A stretch of 64,000 nt of DNA, from assembly GCA_040905045.1 (NCBI GenBank), contig JBBDSH010000096.1, forward strand, positions 4,927-68,926, read 5' to 3'. A program made the position numbers and the translations under genes. The DNA is from Gammaproteobacteria bacterium (GTDB lineage Bacteria > Pseudomonadota > Gammaproteobacteria > Eutrophobiales > Eutrophobiaceae). The notes below the pieces were generated by a model. The model saw only the letters and a list, made by a program, of their open reading frames with translations, searched no databases and was not told the origin of the DNA. Position 1 is the first letter of the stretch; each line of letters begins with the position of its first letter. Shown one piece after another: positions 19,324 through 28,610 of the stretch.

Positions 19324-20673
19324 ATGACCGACAAGAATAACACCATCACGGAAGTACCCGCCGCCGGCAACGGCCTGCTGGACCGGCGCACGCTGCTGAA
19401 GCAGGGGCTGCGTTTCGGCGTCATCGCTTCTTCTTCCATGGCCGCTGCCGGTGCCGCAACCAAACAATTTGCGGACTCCGTCGATGCGGCAAGACCACCC
19501 TGGATGCTGGAACCCGGTGCGGAATTCTCCCTCTACGGTTCTCCTTCACCCCATGAAAAACACGTGGCGCGTTTTGCCGCGCCCAACCGGATCATGCGCA
19601 ACAGCGGCGCCGCCTTCACCCCCCTGCATTTGCTGGAAGGGACGATCACGCCGAGCGGCCTGCATTTCGAACGTCATCACAACGGCGTTCCCGCCATCGA
19701 TCCGGAGCAGCATGAACTGCTGATTCACGGACTGGTGGATCGGCCGCTGTCCTTCAAAACGGAAGACCTGCTGCGTTATCCGTTGATATCGCGAACCTGT
19801 TTTATCGAATGCGGCGGCAACAGCACCGCCGGCTGGAACCGTACGCCGTCGCGCGGCCAGGCCGGTTATATCCACGGGCTGGCTTCCAACTCGGAATGGA
19901 CCGGTATTCCATTGGGCACGTTGCTGGAGGAGGCCGGCATCGTGCCAGAGGCGAAATGGCTGATCGCGGAAGGCGCCGACGCCTTCGCCATGCAGATCAG
20001 CATTCCCCTGGAAAAGGCCCTGGACGACGCCATGCTGGCCCTGTACCAGAACGGCGAGCGCCTGCGGCCGGAGAACGGTTATCCCATGCGCCTGGTTCTG
20101 CCGGGCTGGGAAGGCGTGACCAATGTAAAATGGCTAAGGCGGCTGAAATTGACGCAAGAACCGGTCATGGCCCGCAACGAGACCGCCCGCTATACGGATC
20201 TGCTGCCGTCCGGGAAGGCCCGCCAGTTCTCCTTTATTATAGAGGCGAAATCCCTGATCACCTCGCCGTCGCCGGGTATGCTGCTGAAATCGGGGCCGGG
20301 CCTGTATCAGATCAGCGGTCTGGCCTGGAGCGGCAAGGGCCGCATCCGTCGGGTCGAGGTGTCCACCGACAGCGGTGCAAGCTGGGCGCAGGCGCAACTG
20401 CAGGAACCGGTGCTGCCGAAGGCGTTTACCCGCTTTCGTATTCCCTGGCGCTGGAACGGCGAGCCTGCGATTCTGAAAAGCCGTGCCGTGGACGAAACCG
20501 GTTACGTGCAGCCCGAGCGCAGTGCATTAATAAAGGAGTGCGGCCGGCACGGCTTTTATCATTACAACGCCATTGTAACCTGGAAAGTCAGTGAAACCGG
20601 ATCGGTATCCCATATCTATGATGAAGATGAAAACAACGGCGGCGATATTTCTATTGATGCTGGCTGGGACTAG
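19324..20673 (+). CDS. sulfite-oxidase-family molybdopterin oxidoreductase (SorA/SoxC-like), TAT-exported
   Basis: twin-arginine leader 'RRTLLKQGLRFGV'; Mo-domain 'CFIECGGNS' with conserved Cys; C-terminal dimerisation-domain-sized tail. Confidence 0.7.
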   Translation: MTDKNNTITEVPAAGNGLLDRRTLLKQGLRFGVIASSSMAAAGAATKQFADSVDAARPPWMLEPGAEFSLYGSPSPHEKHVARFAAPNRIMRNSGAAFTPLHLLEGTITPSGLHFERHHNGVPAIDPEQHELLIHGLVDRPLSFKTEDLLRYPLISRTCFIECGGNSTAGWNRTPSRGQAGYIHGLASNSEWTGIPLGTLLEEAGIVPEAKWLIAEGADAFAMQISIPLEKALDDAMLALYQNGERLRPENGYPMRLVLPGWEGVTNVKWLRRLKLTQEPVMARNETARYTDLLPSGKARQFSFIIEAKSLITSPSPGMLLKSGPGLYQISGLAWSGKGRIRRVEVSTDSGASWAQAQLQEPVLPKAFTRFRIPWRWNGEPAILKSRAVDETGYVQPERSALIKECGRHGFYHYNAIVTWKVSETGSVSHIYDEDENNGGDISIDAGWD

Positions 20674-21148
20674 CGTTACCGGCGCCGATTTTCCCGAAGG
20701 CCCGGAACTGGGCGATCCCGCCGATGCGCAACGGATCGAGCATTGGGATCGATCCATCATGCCCGGCGGGCAAGGTCTTCCTTCGGGCAGCGGCGGTGTT
20801 GAGGAAGGACGCGCCGTTTACGAACAGTATTGCCAAGTCTGCCATGCGCCGGGCGGCGTGGGCGACAGCGGCGATCAACTGGCCGGCGCACGCATGGATC
20901 TGACCAGCGACTGGCCGGAAAAAACCATCGGTAATTACTGGCCTTATGCAACGACCTTGTTTGATTTTATCCGCCGTTCCATGCCCATGACCGCGCCGCA
21001 GTCCCTGAGCAATGATGAGGTGTATGCCGTGACCGCCTATCTGTTGTATTTAAATGATATCATCGGGGAAAACGATATTCTCGACGCCGAAACGCTGTCA
21101 AAGATTGAAATGCCGAACCGGGACGGCTTTATAGATAGTTACAAGTGA
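20618..21148 (+). CDS. c-type cytochrome (SorB/SoxD-like redox partner)
   Basis: signal peptide, single 'CQVCHAPGG' heme site, Met-rich downstream; 5' end overlaps the upstream gene, so the start is uncertain (20591-20627). Confidence 0.6.
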   Translation: MMKMKTTAAIFLLMLAGTSVTGADFPEGPELGDPADAQRIEHWDRSIMPGGQGLPSGSGGVEEGRAVYEQYCQVCHAPGGVGDSGDQLAGARMDLTSDWPEKTIGNYWPYATTLFDFIRRSMPMTAPQSLSNDEVYAVTAYLLYLNDIIGENDILDAETLSKIEMPNRDGFIDSYK

Positions 21149-21216
21149 CAAGTGACAAGTGACAAGTGACAAGGGGCAAGGGGCAAGGGGAAAGGGACAA
21201 GGGACAAGGGACAAGT
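21139..21216. repeat. heptanucleotide tandem repeat (GTGACAA x4, GGGGCAA x2-3, GGGACAA x3)
   Basis: gtgacaagtgacaagtgacaagtgacaaggggcaaggggcaaggggaaagggacaagggacaagggacaag. Confidence 0.9.
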
Positions 21217-21268
21217 AGCTGGCCACGAATCATCATTAAAGGGCGCTTCTAAAAATCAAAATAAAACA

Positions 21269-22402
21269 ATGATCCTGAACATGATTTCTAAAAACCGGTT
21301 AAATAATGTCGTAACCTTGCATTTGTTTGCCGGGATATTATTCCTGTTGCCGTTGATTGTCACGGCGGAAAGCACGACGCGGACCTATTACATTGCGGCG
21401 GAAGAAATCACCTGGAATTACACGTCATCCTGGCCCATGAATCCGATGACGGGCGGACTGTTTTCCGATGATGAAAAAAAATATCTCGAAGGTAATGGCC
21501 GGGATCGCATCGGTTACCGTTACCGCAAGGCGGTCTATCGCGAATATACCGATGAGAGTTTTGAAACCCTGAAGACCCGCGGAAGTGAATGGGAACATCT
21601 CGGCCTGCTGGGACCGGTGATACGCGCAACGGTGGGTGACACCATACGAGTGGTTTTTAAAAACAAGCTCGAAAACAGATCGGCAAGCATGCATCCCCAC
21701 GGGCTGGAATACGCCAAAGAGTCGGAGGGCAGCACCTACGCCGACGGCACGGCGGGCGTGGACAGGCGCGATGAAAATATCGCGCCGGGTGCAACGCATA
21801 CCTATACCTGGACGGTACCGCCCCGGTCCGGCCCGGGACCGGCCGATCCCGCCTCCGTGGCCTGGCTGTATCATTCCAGTGTCAACGGAACGGCGGACAT
21901 TCATGCCGGACTGGTGGGCCCGATTATTGTTACCCGCCGTTTCCAGGCCCGCGAAGACGGATCTCCGGCGGATGTGCAACGTGAGTTCGTGACTCTTTTT
22001 GCGGTGTTTGATGAAAACGACAGTTTCCTGGCCGAACGGAATCGTAATGAATTGGCGCCGCAATCCGATCCGGCGGATACGGCGTTCCGGCAAAGCAATC
22101 GCATGCATTCCATTAACGGCTATCTTTACGGCAATCTGCCCGGTCTGGACGTGAATGCCGGCGACTACGTGCGTTGGCATGTGCTGACGCCCGGTCACGG
22201 TACGGATATACATAGCCCCCACTGGCACGGCAACGGCGTCACCGCCTACGGCCGGCATACCGATACGGTATCCCTACCGCCCGGAAGCAGGCGCTCCGTC
22301 ACCATGGAGGCGGATAATCCCGGTACCTGGTTGTTTCATTGCCGTGCTGGCGACCACGGCAGCAGGGGTATGTCGTCCGTGTTTCGGGTTACGGCGCCGT
22401 AA
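21269..22402 (+). CDS. multicopper oxidase-like protein (two-domain size, atypical copper motifs)
   Basis: 'HPHGLEY' (HxHG), 'HSPHWHG' (HxxHxH) and 'HCRAGDHGSRGM' (HCH-type motif with R in place of the second His); N-terminal TM/signal. Confidence 0.55.
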   Translation: MILNMISKNRLNNVVTLHLFAGILFLLPLIVTAESTTRTYYIAAEEITWNYTSSWPMNPMTGGLFSDDEKKYLEGNGRDRIGYRYRKAVYREYTDESFETLKTRGSEWEHLGLLGPVIRATVGDTIRVVFKNKLENRSASMHPHGLEYAKESEGSTYADGTAGVDRRDENIAPGATHTYTWTVPPRSGPGPADPASVAWLYHSSVNGTADIHAGLVGPIIVTRRFQAREDGSPADVQREFVTLFAVFDENDSFLAERNRNELAPQSDPADTAFRQSNRMHSINGYLYGNLPGLDVNAGDYVRWHVLTPGHGTDIHSPHWHGNGVTAYGRHTDTVSLPPGSRRSVTMEADNPGTWLFHCRAGDHGSRGMSSVFRVTAP

Positions 22403-22463
22403 ATCACCTTGCGGATTAAATCCGGGCGGCAGTCCATTCAATTAACCGTTAGAATACGTCCCC

Positions 22464-23579
22464 ATGTCAGGCAACAGCATCGGAAAATTATTCACCGTTA
22501 GCGCCTGTGGTGAAAGCCACGGGCAGGGATACCTGTGCATTGTCGATGGCTGTCCCCCCGGAATGGAGTTGAGTGAGGCGGATATCCAGTCGGATCTGGA
22601 CCGCCGCAAGCCGGGCCAGTCCCGGCATGTCACCCAGCGGCGCGAATCGGATTCCGTGCGCATCGTCTCCGGTGTCTTCGAGGGCCGTACCACGGGCACG
22701 CCCATCGGCCTGGTGATCGATAACGAGGACCAGCGTTCAAAGGATTACTCGAAAATCAAGGACACCTTCCGGCCCGGACACGCGGATTACACCTATCAGC
22801 AGAAATACGGCGTCCGGGATTATCGCGGCGGCGGCCGCGCCTCGGCGCGCGAGACCTGCATGCGCGTGGCGGCGGGCGCCATCGCCCGCAAATACCTGCG
22901 GGAACGCTACGGTGTGACCATTCGTGGTTATCTTTCACAACTGGGCCCCATTGCACTGGAACTGAAAGATTGGGATGCCGTCACCGACAATCCGTTCTTC
23001 TGTCCCGATCCGGATCGTATCGGGGAACTGGAAGAGTACATGGACGCATTGCGCAAGGAGGGCGATTCCGTCGGCGCGCGCATCAATATTACGGCGAGCG
23101 GCATGCCCGTGGGGCTGGGTGAACCCATCTTTGATCGCCTGGACGCGGACATCGCCCGCGCCATGATGAGCATCAATGCCGTCAAGGGCGTGGAGATCGG
23201 CGCCGGTTTCGCCGCCGTGGCGCAGAAGGGTACCGAACACCGTGATGAAATGACGCCCCGGGGTTTTCTCGGCAACCATGCCGGCGGCACCCTGGGCGGG
23301 ATTTCCACCGGCCAGGATCTGCTGGTCAGCATTGCCCTCAAGCCCACGTCCAGCATCCGCATTCCCGGACGATCCATCGACATCGACGGCAACGAGACGG
23401 AAGTCAGCACCACGGGCCGCCATGACCCTTGCGTCGGCATCCGCGCCACGCCCATTGCCGAGGCCATGCTGGGCATTGTATTAATGGATCACGCCCTGCG
23501 GCACCGTGCCCAGAATATGGATGTGAACTCACGAACTCCCGTCATCCCGGCTTCCGCTGACGACAGGAATCCGGACTAG
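22464..23579 (+). CDS. aroC: chorismate synthase
   Basis: '[18 protein letters not shown]', '[19 protein letters not shown]' and '[11 protein letters not shown]' motifs. Confidence 0.9.
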   Translation: MSGNSIGKLFTVSACGESHGQGYLCIVDGCPPGMELSEADIQSDLDRRKPGQSRHVTQRRESDSVRIVSGVFEGRTTGTPIGLVIDNEDQRSKDYSKIKDTFRPGHADYTYQQKYGVRDYRGGGRASARETCMRVAAGAIARKYLRERYGVTIRGYLSQLGPIALELKDWDAVTDNPFFCPDPDRIGELEEYMDALRKEGDSVGARINITASGMPVGLGEPIFDRLDADIARAMMSINAVKGVEIGAGFAAVAQKGTEHRDEMTPRGFLGNHAGGTLGGISTGQDLLVSIALKPTSSIRIPGRSIDIDGNETEVSTTGRHDPCVGIRATPIAEAMLGIVLMDHALRHRAQNMDVNSRTPVIPASADDRNPD

Positions 23580-23589
23580 CGTAAATAAT

Positions 23590-23730
23590 TCGCGGCGAGG
23601 CCTGCCCCGGCAAGCCCCCGGCTTACAGCTTGCCGGGGCAGGCGTAAGCCGGGGTCGCCGCTCCCACAAGCAGGGTTTGACTCCGGTGTGAAACGGAGCT
23701 TGTGGGAGGCCCGACCCCGGGCCGAATTAC
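23590..23730. repeat. composite inverted-repeat element, family D (with cctgccccggcaagc/gcttgccggggcagg hairpin)
   Basis: gtcgccgctcccacaagcagggtttgactccggtgtgaaacggagcttgtgggaggcccgaccccgggccgaattac. Confidence 0.8.
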
Positions 23731-23821
23731 GAACCACGAGCCACGAGCCACGAATCTCGAACCACGCATTACGAATGACCAGTAACGAATCACCAGCCAC
23801 GAACCACGAGCCACGAGCCAC
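23728..23821. repeat. imperfect heptanucleotide tandem repeat (CGARCCA x about 13)
   Basis: cgaaccacgagccacgagccacgaatctcgaaccacgcattacgaatgaccagtaacgaatcaccagccacgaaccacgagccacgagcca; overlaps the 5' end of the MFS ORF. Confidence 0.85.
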
Positions 23822-24968
23822 AGTCCCCTACTGGCGCCTCTCCGGTTTCTATCTCTTCTACTTCGGCGTTGTCGGCCTTTACATGCCGTACTGGCCGCTG
23901 TACCTGGATTCACTGGGCCTGACAGCCGGCGGTATCGGCCTGTATTTCGGCGTTACCTCGGCCATGCGCATCCTGGCCCCCAATCTCTGGGGCTGGCTGG
24001 CGGATCGCTCCAATCGCCGCATGCCGTTTATCCGTCTGGCCCTGGTCATGGCGGCGTTGATGTTTTTCCTGCTGGGCCAGGTATCCTCCCTGACCGCGCT
24101 GTTACTGCTGGGTATGCTGATGGGTTTTTTCTGGACCGGTGCGCTGCCGCAGTTCGAGGCCGTCACTCTGGGACATCTGGGTAACAACACCGACGCCTAT
24201 CCGCGCATCCGTATCTGGGGATCCATCGGCTTCATCCTCACCGTGACCGGTATTGGTTATTACTTTGAATGGTTCCCTATCGATCATCTGCCGCTGTTTA
24301 TTACGGCGGTTATGCTGATCTGCCTGTTGAATACCGCGTTGTTGCCCGAGGCCGCCGTCTCCCAGAGTAAACGAACATATGAGCCGCTGTCATCGGTATT
24401 GAAAAAGCCGTCGGTTATCGTCCTGTTGCTGGCCGCCTTTTTCATGCAGTTCAGTCACGCGCCGTATTACGCCTTTTATTCCCTGTATCTGTCCGAACAT
24501 GGTTATGCCAAGACTGTCATCAGCGCCATGTGGAGTCTGGGCGTCCTGGCGGAGGTGGTGGCGTTCCTGCTCATGCGCCGTTTCATACGCCTGTGGGGCC
24601 TTCGTTATCTGATGATCGGGAGCCTGCTGCTGGCGGCGCTGCGCTGGTGGATGATTGCCACATTCGTCGACAATATGGTGTTGATGCTGCTTGCGCAGTT
24701 GCTGCACGGCGCCACGTTCGGCGTTTTCCATGCCGTGGCGATTCTCCTGATCCACAAAAATTTCCCCGGCCGTCTGCAGGGCCGGGGCCAGGCCCTGTAC
24801 AGCAGCCTCAGTTTCGGCCTGGGCGTGGCCCTGGGCAGTCTCATCGCCGGCGCCATGTGGGAACCGCTGGGCGCGACGCCGACGTATCTCATGGCGTCAG
24901 TCGTTACCGCCGCGGCTGCACTGTTTTGCTGGAAATGGCTGGAAGAGGTGCCATCCCGGCAGCAATAA
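23775..24968 (+). CDS. MFS transporter, HcaT-like (PPP family)
   Basis: 'WRLSGFYLFYFGVVGLYMPYWPLYL' aligns with the HcaT N-terminus; 12 TM; the only in-frame ATG (23775) lies inside the heptamer tract, so the start may be non-ATG near 23815. Confidence 0.65.
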   Translation: MTSNESPATNHEPRATVPYWRLSGFYLFYFGVVGLYMPYWPLYLDSLGLTAGGIGLYFGVTSAMRILAPNLWGWLADRSNRRMPFIRLALVMAALMFFLLGQVSSLTALLLLGMLMGFFWTGALPQFEAVTLGHLGNNTDAYPRIRIWGSIGFILTVTGIGYYFEWFPIDHLPLFITAVMLICLLNTALLPEAAVSQSKRTYEPLSSVLKKPSVIVLLLAAFFMQFSHAPYYAFYSLYLSEHGYAKTVISAMWSLGVLAEVVAFLLMRRFIRLWGLRYLMIGSLLLAALRWWMIATFVDNMVLMLLAQLLHGATFGVFHAVAILLIHKNFPGRLQGRGQALYSSLSFGLGVALGSLIAGAMWEPLGATPTYLMASVVTAAAALFCWKWLEEVPSRQQ

Positions 24969-25052
24969 TCTGTTCGATCCGCCTGTTTCCGGTCGAAATG
25001 TCCTGCTCATGAACTACACTTAGAAGTGTATTCACAAGCCGGGAGAAGAACG

Positions 25053-25469
25053 ATGGCCTATCAGACGCGCAAGGTGAAATACTGCCATGTAACCGTGCCC
25101 AGCCGGCCCGGACAGGGAACCCGGATCCTGGAGCCGTTGAAGGACGCCGGCGTCAACCTGCTCGCCTTCACGGGCTTTCCCGTCGGCGGCCGCAAGGCCC
25201 AGGTGGATCTGGTCACGGACGATATTCGCGGCGTGCAGCGAGTGGCAAAGGAAAACGACTGGCGGCTGAGCAAGGTGAAAAAAGGTTTTCTGGTACAGGG
25301 TACGGACGAAATCGGCGCCGTCGACAAGGTCCTCTCACGGCTCGCCGACGAGGACATCAACGTGACCGCCGTTGATGCCGTGGCCGCCGGCAAGGGCCGG
25401 TTCGGCATGATCTTCTGGGTTAATCCGGCCAAGTACAACAAGGCAGCGCGGGTACTGAAGGCTAAATAG
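25053..25469 (+). CDS. hypothetical protein, tandem ACT-like halves
   Basis: 139 aa; two repeated units 'KVKYCHVTVPSRPGQGTRILEPLKDAGVNLLAF' and 'KKGFLVQGTDEIGAVDKVLSRLADEDINVTAV'. Confidence 0.35.
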   Translation: MAYQTRKVKYCHVTVPSRPGQGTRILEPLKDAGVNLLAFTGFPVGGRKAQVDLVTDDIRGVQRVAKENDWRLSKVKKGFLVQGTDEIGAVDKVLSRLADEDINVTAVDAVAAGKGRFGMIFWVNPAKYNKAARVLKAK

Positions 25470-25536
25470 TATTACGGCACCCTAATGAGGGTAAAAGAGC
25501 CGTCATGCCGGTGGACACCGGCATCCAGTAGAGAAA

Positions 25537-27585
25537 TCACTCAAGGACACCCAGCAGATTGCTGTAGTTGTCGGTCCAGCGCAGCAGCGTCCCGCTGAAA
25601 CGGGCCGTCACCGTGCCCTTGTCGGCGGCGACATCCGGATCAATATCCAGGTTCCGGCCCAGCAATACCCAGTCGGATTCATACACCAGACCGTCGGTAC
25701 TGTCCGGATTGCTGACGGTCAGCGCATCCAGGGAATAGGCGTCCGCCGCCGCGTAGATCACGGGCCGCAGGTCCAGGTGGCGATTGGATATGTGCACGGC
25801 GAGTATGCCGTTGTCACGTAAATGATCGAGATAAATACCGAAGGCTTCCTCTGTCAGCAGATGCACCGGAATGGCATCACCGCTGAAGGCATCGATGGCG
25901 AGTACGTCGTAGTTGCGTTTCTGTTCCCGATCCATGCTGATACGTGCATCGCCCATAATGATCTCAAATTCGGCCGATGAATGCCGCAGATAAGTGAAGT
26001 AGTTTTTTGCCATGTTCACAACCTGCGGATTGATTTCGTAAAACCGCAGATGATCACCGATGCGGGTCAGAGCCGCCATGGTGCCCACGCCCAGGCCGAC
26101 AACGCCGATGTCGAGCTTCGGTTGCTGTTTGCGCATGGCCGCGATGGCGATACCGATGCCGCTGCTTTCGGCGTAATAGGTGGTGGCGGCCTGGGACAGT
26201 TCCTGATCGCCGACTACCTGGGCACCGTGCGTGATGCTGCCGTGCAGAAGCTTGCGAAAACGGACATGGCTCAAGGGATTGTCGACGGGTATGTCCTGGA
26301 TGCGCAGGACGCCGTAGAAGTTCCGCTCCATGTCGACGACATGTTCGTTCTCCATTTCGAACAGTGTCATGATAATGATGCCGGCCAGGCCGCCGGCGGC
26401 GCCCCATAGAACCTGCGTTCCCACGCCCTTCCCGCTGCTGGTGTATTGTTTGTCCCGGAACAGGCACAGGCCGGCAGAGAGTACGATCAGGGTCCAGACC
26501 AGCGGCAGTTCCAGGTAATCATTGAACCACAGGGGCGCGATAAGGCCGACAAAAGCGCCGCCCAGGGCACCGCCCGCCGCGATATAAAGATAGAATGCCG
26601 TCAGGTGTTCCGGATGCGGCTTGCTGCGGACCAGTTCGCCGTGGCACACCATGCAGCCGGCGAACATTAATAATGAATAGCTGGCGATCTGCAGGATAAT
26701 GCTGTCGTCCGATCCGGGCCCGATGACATACATCCCCGACAGCAGGGCGACGGCATAAACCGGAAACCACAGGCGCCGCTGATACCAGCGTGGTTTATCG
26801 AAACAGAGAATGAACGACAGCAGGTAGAGACTCAGGGGCAGGATCCAGAGAAAGGGCACCACCGCCACGTCCTGACTGATGCGACTGGTGGTGGCCAGCA
26901 GCAGTACCGAACCGCAAAAGGCCAGCAATAACCACAGAAACCGATCACCGGGCATCAATGGATGTTGTCTAATCGTGTCCGCATGTTTCCGTGTCACGGG
27001 TATTGCGGATTGCAGGGTTGTCCGGGCGCAGGCAACCGTGCCCAGCGCAAACAGTACGAAACCCGCCGACCACAAACCGGCCTGTGCATCCAGCGTCAGC
27101 ATGGGTTCCACCAGGAATGGGTAGGAAAGCAGGGCCAGGAGCGAGCCGGCATTGGAGAGGGCATAGAGACGATAGGGCGAGCGATCCGGGTAACAACGAT
27201 TGAACCAGTGCTGAAAGAGCGGCGCCGAGGCGGAAACCAGACCGAAGGGCAGACCGATGGTCAAAAACAACAGAACAAGGATCAGGGTAACCGGATTGTC
27301 GCCGGAATCCGGGATCATGCTCTCGTCTGGCGTGATGGGCAGGAACAGCAGCGCCACGATCAACAGGGAACAATGCACCAGTATTTGCTTTTTAATCGTC
27401 AGAGCCGAGCGTATGAAATGGGAATACGCATAACCCGCCAGCAGCATGACCTGGAAAAACAGCATGCAGACCGTCCACACCGCCGCCGATCCGCCGAACC
27501 AGGGCAGGATGTAACGGCCGATGATGGGCTGGACCTGGAACAGCAGAAAGGCGCTGATGAAAATGGTGGATGCGAAATACAGCAT
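25537..27585 (-). CDS. fused MFS-like membrane domain / spermidine synthase-like protein
   Basis: N-terminal polytopic membrane domain; C-terminal 'GVVGLGVGTMAA...VLAIDAFSGDAIPVHL' aminopropyltransferase fold. Confidence 0.7.
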   Translation of the reverse strand: MLYFASTIFISAFLLFQVQPIIGRYILPWFGGSAAVWTVCMLFFQVMLLAGYAYSHFIRSALTIKKQILVHCSLLIVALLFLPITPDESMIPDSGDNPVTLILVLLFLTIGLPFGLVSASAPLFQHWFNRCYPDRSPYRLYALSNAGSLLALLSYPFLVEPMLTLDAQAGLWSAGFVLFALGTVACARTTLQSAIPVTRKHADTIRQHPLMPGDRFLWLLLAFCGSVLLLATTSRISQDVAVVPFLWILPLSLYLLSFILCFDKPRWYQRRLWFPVYAVALLSGMYVIGPGSDDSIILQIASYSLLMFAGCMVCHGELVRSKPHPEHLTAFYLYIAAGGALGGAFVGLIAPLWFNDYLELPLVWTLIVLSAGLCLFRDKQYTSSGKGVGTQVLWGAAGGLAGIIIMTLFEMENEHVVDMERNFYGVLRIQDIPVDNPLSHVRFRKLLHGSITHGAQVVGDQELSQAATTYYAESSGIGIAIAAMRKQQPKLDIGVVGLGVGTMAALTRIGDHLRFYEINPQVVNMAKNYFTYLRHSSAEFEIIMGDARISMDREQKRNYDVLAIDAFSGDAIPVHLLTEEAFGIYLDHLRDNGILAVHISNRHLDLRPVIYAAADAYSLDALTVSNPDSTDGLVYESDWVLLGRNLDIDPDVAADKGTVTARFSGTLLRWTDNYSNLLGVLE

Positions 27586-27646
27586 TAGCGGCGGATCGAT
27601 TGGGCGGGCCGGGTGCTCGAGTCAGGTTTACTTGTACCGTTTCAGT

Positions 27647-27979
27647 TCAATTGGCGAGAAGACGCGGCCCGAACAGGATCACTGCGGCACCGGTCAGGCA
27701 CAGCAGCATACCCAGGTAGTCGGTCAGGATCGGGGAGCTGCGTTCCACCAGGTTCAGCCAGACCAGGGAAGAGATAATGTATATCCCGCCATATGCCGCG
27801 TAGGCGCGGCCGGCGAAGGCCGCGTCAATACGGGTCAACACCAGGGCAAACAGGATCAGGCATAGAACACCGGGTATCAGCCACAGGGGCGACTGTTCCA
27901 TGCGCAGCCAGTACCAGAAGGCGTAACAGCCGGCGATCTCGAAGAAAGCGGCGAGCAGAAACCAGAGCCAGTTAAGCAT
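27647..27979 (-). CDS. ynfA: YnfA-family (UPF0060) membrane protein
   Basis: 108-aa 4-TM protein; '[13 protein letters not shown]' and '[16 protein letters not shown]' match YnfA. Confidence 0.7.
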   Translation of the reverse strand: MLNWLWFLLAAFFEIAGCYAFWYWLRMEQSPLWLIPGVLCLILFALVLTRIDAAFAGRAYAAYGGIYIISSLVWLNLVERSSPILTDYLGMLLCLTGAAVILFGPRLLAN

Positions 27980-28610
27980 TCAGTATTTCCGGCAGGTCGG
28001 TTATGTTTCCAAGCACATGTTTCGCCCGTGAGAAATCATGACCGCGGGTAAAATTGTTTTCCACTATAACACAATCAATACTCGCGGCGACGGCCGATCG
28101 CAGGCCGCGTTCCGTATCCTCGATAACGATCGCTTCATCGGGTGAGGCGTTGAAGCGCTCCAATGCGTGCAGGTAGGGATCCGGTGCCGGCTTCGCCCTG
28201 GGATAGTCTTCCAGGGTAAGAACAAACTGCATGTGCCGAACAATATCGCGGTGTTCGTGAATCCATTGAAAGTAATCCCGGTTGGCGGTGGTGACCACGG
28301 CCATGATGTGAGAAGACGATAATCTCTGTAGTACGTCCCGGACGCCGGGGATCTCAATGTCCTCCTGCTGCAGCATGTCCCGGTAGTAGCTATCACGGAC
28401 GGCAATGGCCGACTCAATCTCGGCGTCCGTCATGCCGGACTGCCGGGCGATTTCCCAGCAGCGCCGGCCCCGGATCATGTACTGATGGTAGGTTGTTTCA
28501 TCCAGTTCCAGGGAGAGTTCCTCGAACACGCGCCGTGTGGCGCGGAAGAACAGGACTTCGGTATCCACCAGAACGCCGTCGTTATCCCACAGTATGTACT
28601 TATACATCAT
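27972..28610 (-). CDS. HAD-superfamily hydrolase (beta-phosphoglucomutase-like phosphatase)
   Basis: '[13 protein letters not shown]' motif I, 'VVTTANRD' motif II, 'IVIEDTERG' motif IV. Confidence 0.7.
   Translation of the reverse strand: MMYKYILWDNDGVLVDTEVLFFRATRRVFEELSLELDETTYHQYMIRGRRCWEIARQSGMTDAEIESAIAVRDSYYRDMLQQEDIEIPGVRDVLQRLSSSHIMAVVTTANRDYFQWIHEHRDIVRHMQFVLTLEDYPRAKPAPDPYLHALERFNASPDEAIVIEDTERGLRSAVAASIDCVIVENNFTRGHDFSRAKHVLGNITDLPEILNA

Noticed and set aside
19809-20594. 261-aa plus-strand ORF (alternative frame)
   Set aside because: Off-frame overlap with the sulfite-oxidase-family gene. Product is an Arg/Gly/Pro-rich string.
13251-23821. Short tandem repeats as possible CRISPR arrays
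   Set aside because: Units are 7 nt with no spacers and no cas genes. These are micro/minisatellites, not CRISPR.
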